From the sequence record PZ452584.1: a stretch of DNA of 64,000 nucleotides; one strand, given 5' to 3'. How positions within the stretch are numbered: position 1 is the first letter of the stretch; every line of letters begins with the position of its first letter. Below the pieces are notes generated by a model. That model made no database searches and had not been told where the DNA came from. It was given only the letters and a program-made list of their open reading frames with translations. The DNA comes from a phage. The position numbers were made by a program, and so were the translations under genes. Shown here in pieces: positions 59,801 to 64,000 of this stretch.

Positions 59801-59898
59801 TTGCACAATTTAGGGATTTAGTTAATAAACGTCTAAAAGATAATATAGGAAATCCAAGAGACCCTGAAAATCCAACACAGGTTAAAATAGATGAATGA
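56800..59898 (+). CDS. 7: baseplate wedge protein gp7
   Basis: 1032 aa, T4 gp7 size/position. Confidence 0.9.
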   Translation: MTVKAPSVTSLRISKLSANQVQVRWDDVGANFYYFVEIAETKTDSGENLPSDQYRWINLGYTANNSFFFDDADPLTSYVIRVATAAQDFEQSDWIYTEEFETFATNAYTFQNMIEMQLANKFIQEKFTLNNSDYVNFNNDTIMAALMNESFQFSPSYVDVSSISNFIIGENEYHEIQGSIQQVCKDINRVYLMESEGILYLFERYQPVVKVSNDKGQTWKAVKLFNDRVGYPLSKTVYYQSANTTYVLGYDKIFYGRKSTDVRWSADDVRFSSQDITFAKLGDQLHLGFDVEIFATYATLPANVYRIAEAITCTDDYIYVVARDKVRYIKTSNAPIDSDPLSPTYSERLFEPDTMTITGNPKAVCYKMDSIGDKVFALIIGEVETLNANPRTSKIIDSADKGIYVLNHDEKTWKRVFGNTEEERRRIQPGYANMSTDGKLVSLSSSNFKFLSDNVVNDPETAVKYQLIGAVKYEFPREWLADKHYHMMAFIADEKSDWETFTPQPMKYYAEPFFNWSKKSNTRCWINNSDRAVVVYADLKYTKVIENIPETSPDRLVHEYWDDGDCTIVMPNVKFTGFKKYASGMLFYKSSGEIISYYDFNYRVRDTVEIIWKPTGIFLKAFLQNQERETPWSPEEEHGLADPDLRPLIGTMMPDSYLLQDSNFEAFCEAYIQYLSDGYGTQYNNLRNLIRNQYPREEHAWEYLWSEIYKRNIYLNADKRDAVARFFESRSYDFYSTKGIEASYKFLFKVLYNEEVEIEIESGAGTEYDIIVQSDSLTEDLVGQTIYTATGRCNVTYIERSYSNGKLQWTVTIHNLLGRLIAGQEVKAERLPSFEGEIIRGVKGKDLLQNNIDYINRSRSYYVMKIKSNLPSSRWKSDVIRFVHPVGFGFIAITLLTMFINVGLTLKHTETIINKYKNYKWDSGLPTEYADRVAKLTPTGEIEHDLVTGEAIYEPGPMAGVKYPLPDDYNAENNNSIFQGQLPSERRKLMSPLFDASGTTFAQFRDLVNKRLKDNIGNPRDPENPTQVKIDE

Positions 59899-60895
59899 TT
59901 CAAGTGTTATCTATCGTGCGATAGTTACTTCAAAATTTAGAACAGAAAAAATGTTGAATTTTTATAATTCAATTGGAAGTGGTCCGGATAAAAACACTAT
60001 CTTTATCACATTTGGAAGATCAGAACCGTGGTCATCAAATGAAAATGAGGTGGGCTTTGCCCCACCTTATCCAACCGATTCCGTATTAGGCGTAACTGAC
60101 ATGTGGACGCATATGATGGGAACAGTAAAAGTTCTTCCATCAATGCTTGATGCTGTTATTCCTCGCAGAGATTGGGGAGATACTAGATATCCGGATCCAT
60201 ACACATTTAGAATTAATGATATTGTAGTGTGTAACTCAGCTCCTTACAACGCTACTGAATCAGGCGCAGGCTGGTTAGTATATCGTTGTTTAGATGTTCC
60301 TGATACCGGAATGTGCTCAATAGCATCTTTAACTGATAAGGATGAATGTCTTAAATTAGGCGGAAAATGGACACCTTCTGTTAGGTCAATGACTCCTCCT
60401 GAAGGTCGAGGAGATGCTGAAGGAACAATTGAACCTGGGGATGGGTATGTATGGGAATATCTTTTTGAGATTCCGCCTGATGTATCTATAAATAGATGCA
60501 CGAATGAATATATCGTGGTTCCTTGGCCTGAGGAATTAAAAGAAGACCCGACTAGATGGGGATATGAAGATAATCTCACTTGGCAACAAGATGATTTTGG
60601 ATTAATTTACCGTGTTAAGGCAAATACTATCCGTTTTAAAGCATATTTAGATTCAGTTTATTTTCCTGAAGCTGCATTGCCAGGAAATAAAGGATTTAGA
60701 CAAATATCAATAATCACGAATCCTCTTGAAGCTAAAGTTCATCCAAATGACCCAAACGTTAAAGCTGAAAAGGATTATTATGACCCAGAAGATTTAATGA
60801 GGCATTCGGGCGAAATGATTTATATGGAAAATAGGCCACCTATTATTATGGCAATGGATCAAACAGAAGAAATCAATATTCTGTTTACATTTTAA
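59891..60895 (+). CDS. 8: baseplate wedge protein gp8
   Basis: 334 aa, T4 gp8 size/position. Confidence 0.9.
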   Translation: MNDSSVIYRAIVTSKFRTEKMLNFYNSIGSGPDKNTIFITFGRSEPWSSNENEVGFAPPYPTDSVLGVTDMWTHMMGTVKVLPSMLDAVIPRRDWGDTRYPDPYTFRINDIVVCNSAPYNATESGAGWLVYRCLDVPDTGMCSIASLTDKDECLKLGGKWTPSVRSMTPPEGRGDAEGTIEPGDGYVWEYLFEIPPDVSINRCTNEYIVVPWPEELKEDPTRWGYEDNLTWQQDDFGLIYRVKANTIRFKAYLDSVYFPEAALPGNKGFRQISIITNPLEAKVHPNDPNVKAEKDYYDPEDLMRHSGEMIYMENRPPIIMAMDQTEEINILFTF

Positions 60896-60900
60896 ATTAA

Positions 60901-60924
60901 GGGAGCCCATGGGCTCCCTTTTTT
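60901..60924 (+). terminator. intrinsic terminator after gene 8
   Basis: GGGAGCCC-aug-GGGCUCCC followed by UUUUUU. Confidence 0.7.
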
Positions 60925-60927
60925 CTT

Positions 60928-60935
60928 TATAAATA
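60928..60935 (+). promoter_or_regulatory. late promoter TATAAATA for gene 9
   Basis: exact TATAAATA 25 nt upstream of gene 9 ATG. Confidence 0.65.
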
Positions 60936-60959
60936 TTATAAACTCATAAGGAAACCGCT

Positions 60960-61826
60960 ATGTTCATTCAAGAACCAAAGAAATTGATTGATACCGGCGA
61001 AATTGGTAACGCTTCTACTGGTGATATCTTATTCGACGGTGGTAATAAAATTAATAGTGATTTTAACGCAATTTATAATGCGTTTGGCGATCAGCGTAAA
61101 ATGGCAGTAGCAAATGGCACCGGAGCTGATGGTCAAATTATCCATGCTACTGGATATTATCAAAAACACTCTATTGCTGAGTATGCAACTCCAGTAAAAG
61201 TTGGCACTAGACATGATATTGATACCTCTACTGTAGGTGTTAAAGTTATCATTGAAAGAGGAGAACTTGGCGATTGTGTTGAATTCATTAACTCTAATGG
61301 ATCAATATCAGTTACTAATCCTTTAACGATTCAGGCTATTGATTCAATTAAAGGTGTTTCGGGTAATTTGGTAGTAACTAGCCCATATAGTAAAGTAACT
61401 TTGCGCTGTATTTCATCTGATAATTCTACGTCAGTTTGGAATTATTCTATTGAAAGTATGTTTGGCCAAAAGGAATCACCGGCCGAAGGTACATGGAATA
61501 TTTCTACATCTGGATCAGTTGATATTCCACTATTTCATCGTACTGAATACAATATGGCTAAATTGCTAGTTACTTGTCAATCGGTAGATGGAAGAAAAAT
61601 TAAAACAGCAGAAATAAATATTCTTGTAGATACTGTTAATTCAACGGTCATTTCTTCTGAATATGCTGTCATGCGGGTTGGGAATGAAACTGAAGAAGAC
61701 GAAATCGCTAATATTGCATTTAGTATTAAAGAAAATTATGTAACGGCGACTATAAGTTCTTCAACTGTCGGTATGAGAGCAGCAGTTAAAGTTATCGCTA
61801 CGCAGAAAATCGGGGTGGCTCAATAA
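60960..61826 (+). CDS. 9: baseplate protein gp9 (long tail fibre socket)
   Basis: 288 aa, T4 gp9 size/position. Confidence 0.9.
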   Translation: MFIQEPKKLIDTGEIGNASTGDILFDGGNKINSDFNAIYNAFGDQRKMAVANGTGADGQIIHATGYYQKHSIAEYATPVKVGTRHDIDTSTVGVKVIIERGELGDCVEFINSNGSISVTNPLTIQAIDSIKGVSGNLVVTSPYSKVTLRCISSDNSTSVWNYSIESMFGQKESPAEGTWNISTSGSVDIPLFHRTEYNMAKLLVTCQSVDGRKIKTAEINILVDTVNSTVISSEYAVMRVGNETEEDEIANIAFSIKENYVTATISSSTVGMRAAVKVIATQKIGVAQ

Positions 61827-63631
61827 TGAAACAAAATATTAATATCGGTAATGTTGTTGATGATGGTACCGGTGACTACCTGCGTAAAGGTGGTATAAAA
61901 ATAAATGAAAACTTTGATGAGCTTTATTACGAGCTTGGTGACGGTGATGTTCCATATTCAGCTGGTGCCTGGAAAACTTATAATGCTTCATCAGGACAAA
62001 CATTAACAGCAGAATGGGGAAAATCATATGCCATTAACACTTCATCTGGAAGAGTAACTCTACAACTTCCTAAAGGAACCGTTAATGATTATAATAAAGT
62101 AATTAAAGCTAGGGATGTATTTGCAACATGGAATGTTAATCCAGTTACTCTAGTAGCCGCTTCTGGTGATACTATTAAAGGATCATCGTCATCAGTTGAA
62201 ATTAATGTTCAATTTAGCGATTTAGAATTAGTTTATTGTGCTCCAGGACGTTGGGAATATGTCAAAAACAAACAAATTGACAAAATTATTAGTTCAGATA
62301 TTAGTAATGTAGCACGTAAAGAATTTTTAGTCGAAGTTCAAGGACAAACAGACTTTTTAGATGTTTTCCGTGGAACTAGCTATAATGTTAATAACATCCG
62401 AGTAAAACACCGCGGTAATGAATTATATTATGGCGATGTATTTAGTGAAAACAGTGACTTTGGCTCTCCTGGGGAAAATGAAGGAGAATTGATTCCTCTT
62501 GATGGATTTAATATTAGGTTAAGACAGCCTTGTAATATTGGTGACACTGTTCAAATTGAAACATTTATGGATGGTGTATCACAATGGAGAAGTTCATATA
62601 CAAGACGCCAAATAAAGGTATTAGATTCAAAATTAACGTCAAAAACTTCTTTAGAAGGAAGTATTTACGTTACTGATTTATCAACAATGAAATCAATTCC
62701 ATTCTCTGCATTTGGATTAATTCCTGGAGAACCTATTAATCCTAATTCTCTTGAAGTTCGTTTTAATGGAATTTTACAACAACAAGCTGGAACAGCCGGA
62801 TATCCTCTGTTTTTGTGTGAAGGTGCTAATTCAGATACGCAAGCAGGATGTATATCTCTTGGTGGTGAATGGAAAGAATCGAATACAGATTATTCTATAG
62901 AATATGAAGATGGAAAACCTGTCAGTCTTTTATTTGATAGAAAATTTGAATCCGGCGATATAATCGTTATAACATGGTTCAATAATGATTTAGGAACTCT
63001 TTTAGAAAAAGATGACATTATTGAATTAACTGATGACCGTTATGTTAGTAAAGGATCATCTACTGAAGTTACTGGTGATGTAGCCTTAACAGATTTTGAT
63101 AAAATCGGTTGGCCAAATGTTGAAAAAGTTGATTCTTATACTAGAACGTATAATTCAATATCATCTATTTTCGACAGCATTTATCCTGTTGGTTCAATTT
63201 ATGAAAATGCTATAAACCCAAATAATCCGGTGACTTATATGGGATTTGGTTCATGGAAATTATTTGGTAAAGGACAAGTTTTAGTAGGATGGAATGATGA
63301 TGTTACAGATCCAAACTTTGCATTAAACAATAATGATTTAGATTCTAGCGGAAATCCTTCACATACCGCCGGTGGAACAGTTGGTACAACATCAGTAACG
63401 CTTGAAAACGCAAATCTTCCTGCGACTAAAACTGATGAAAGAGTTTTAATTGAAGATGAAAATGGATCGGTTATTATTGGAGGTTGCCAATATGACCCAG
63501 ATGAAACTGGTCCTATATATACAAAATATCGTGAAGACTACGCAACAACAAACTCTTCACATACTCCTCCTGCTAATATTAGTAATATTCAACCGTCTAT
63601 TACTGTATACCGTTGGATAAGGATTGCATAA
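61826..63631 (+). CDS. 10: baseplate protein gp10
   Basis: 601 aa, T4 gp10 size/position. Confidence 0.9.
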   Translation: MKQNINIGNVVDDGTGDYLRKGGIKINENFDELYYELGDGDVPYSAGAWKTYNASSGQTLTAEWGKSYAINTSSGRVTLQLPKGTVNDYNKVIKARDVFATWNVNPVTLVAASGDTIKGSSSSVEINVQFSDLELVYCAPGRWEYVKNKQIDKIISSDISNVARKEFLVEVQGQTDFLDVFRGTSYNVNNIRVKHRGNELYYGDVFSENSDFGSPGENEGELIPLDGFNIRLRQPCNIGDTVQIETFMDGVSQWRSSYTRRQIKVLDSKLTSKTSLEGSIYVTDLSTMKSIPFSAFGLIPGEPINPNSLEVRFNGILQQQAGTAGYPLFLCEGANSDTQAGCISLGGEWKESNTDYSIEYEDGKPVSLLFDRKFESGDIIVITWFNNDLGTLLEKDDIIELTDDRYVSKGSSTEVTGDVALTDFDKIGWPNVEKVDSYTRTYNSISSIFDSIYPVGSIYENAINPNNPVTYMGFGSWKLFGKGQVLVGWNDDVTDPNFALNNNDLDSSGNPSHTAGGTVGTTSVTLENANLPATKTDERVLIEDENGSVIIGGCQYDPDETGPIYTKYREDYATTNSSHTPPANISNIQPSITVYRWIRIA

Positions 63632-64000
63632 TGAGTTTACTTAATAATAAAGCGGGAGTTATTTCCCGCTTAGCAGATTTTCTTGGTTTTAGAACTAAGA
63701 AAAATGATATTTCGGTTATGAATAATCAGCCAGTAGGTGCTGTAACAATTTCACAAATAGCAAAAGGTTTTTATGACCCAAATGTAGAATCTGCTATTAA
63801 TGATGTTAGAAATATGGCAGAGCAACAGGTTGGAGCTGTATTAGTTAATATAAGCGGCGTATCTCCTACTGGAGTGCAACAAACAGACTACTGGTCATTT
63901 GAAGGAACTGTCAATGATACTTCAGCCAAACCAGGTGACACAGTTATTGTTAACATGTTTGGTATTCCAGTTAAAGCTACTAATGGAATGACTTCAATCG
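63631..64000 (+). CDS. 11: baseplate protein gp11, N-terminal part (continues beyond window)
   Basis: ATG overlaps gene 10 stop (TAATG); starts [20 protein letters not shown] as T4 gp11. Confidence 0.85.
   Translation, partial: MSLLNNKAGVISRLADFLGFRTKKNDISVMNNQPVGAVTISQIAKGFYDPNVESAINDVRNMAEQQVGAVLVNISGVSPTGVQQTDYWSFEGTVNDTSAKPGDTVIVNMFGIPVKATNGMTSI

Noticed and set aside
52870-61214. Minus-strand ORFs inside late genes (52870-53070, 54528-54746, 54533-54727, 58784-58987, 59600-59806, 60244-60579, 61029-61214)
   Set aside because: Antisense within gp5, gp5.4, gp7, gp8, gp9 coding regions with T4-like identity on the plus strand.

Overview
This window is a contiguous segment of a T4-like (Tevenvirinae) coliphage genome, close to T4 but not identical to it (intron-less nrdD, divergent denV, different hypervariable ORFs). 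Gene identities are from reading the translations against T4 proteins recalled from memory; no database search was run. The minus strand (1-51640) carries early/middle genes: DNA polymerase 43 (partial), regA, 62, 44, 45, rpbA, 46, 47, a-gt, 55, the anaerobic RNR set nrdH/nrdG/nrdD, 49, nrdC, a ~12 kb island of independent promoter-gene-hairpin cassettes (21.3-32.4 kb), rI, tk, regB, denV, internal proteins, lysozyme e, nudE, an 8-tRNA cluster with segB, 57B (Acb1), 57A, and genes 1, 3, 2, 4. The plus strand (51688-64000) carries late baseplate genes 53, 5, 5.1, 5.4, 6, 7, 8, 9, 10 and the start of 11. Regulatory punctuation is dense: sigma70-type early promoters (GTTTAC-N18-TAnnAT), TATAAATA late promoters, and recurrent C(UUCG)G hairpins. 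Main candidates for follow-up: a GrcA/YfiD-like glycyl-radical gene split by a 1-nt frameshift; four consecutive paralogous ~300-350 aa ORFs with coiled-coil tails; a Pol-beta-fold nucleotidyltransferase cassette; a AAA+ ATPase; a macro-domain protein; homing-endonuclease ORFs whose 5' ends copy neighbouring gene starts; and a tandem array of small membrane-protein genes. No CRISPR array, rRNA or integrase was seen.
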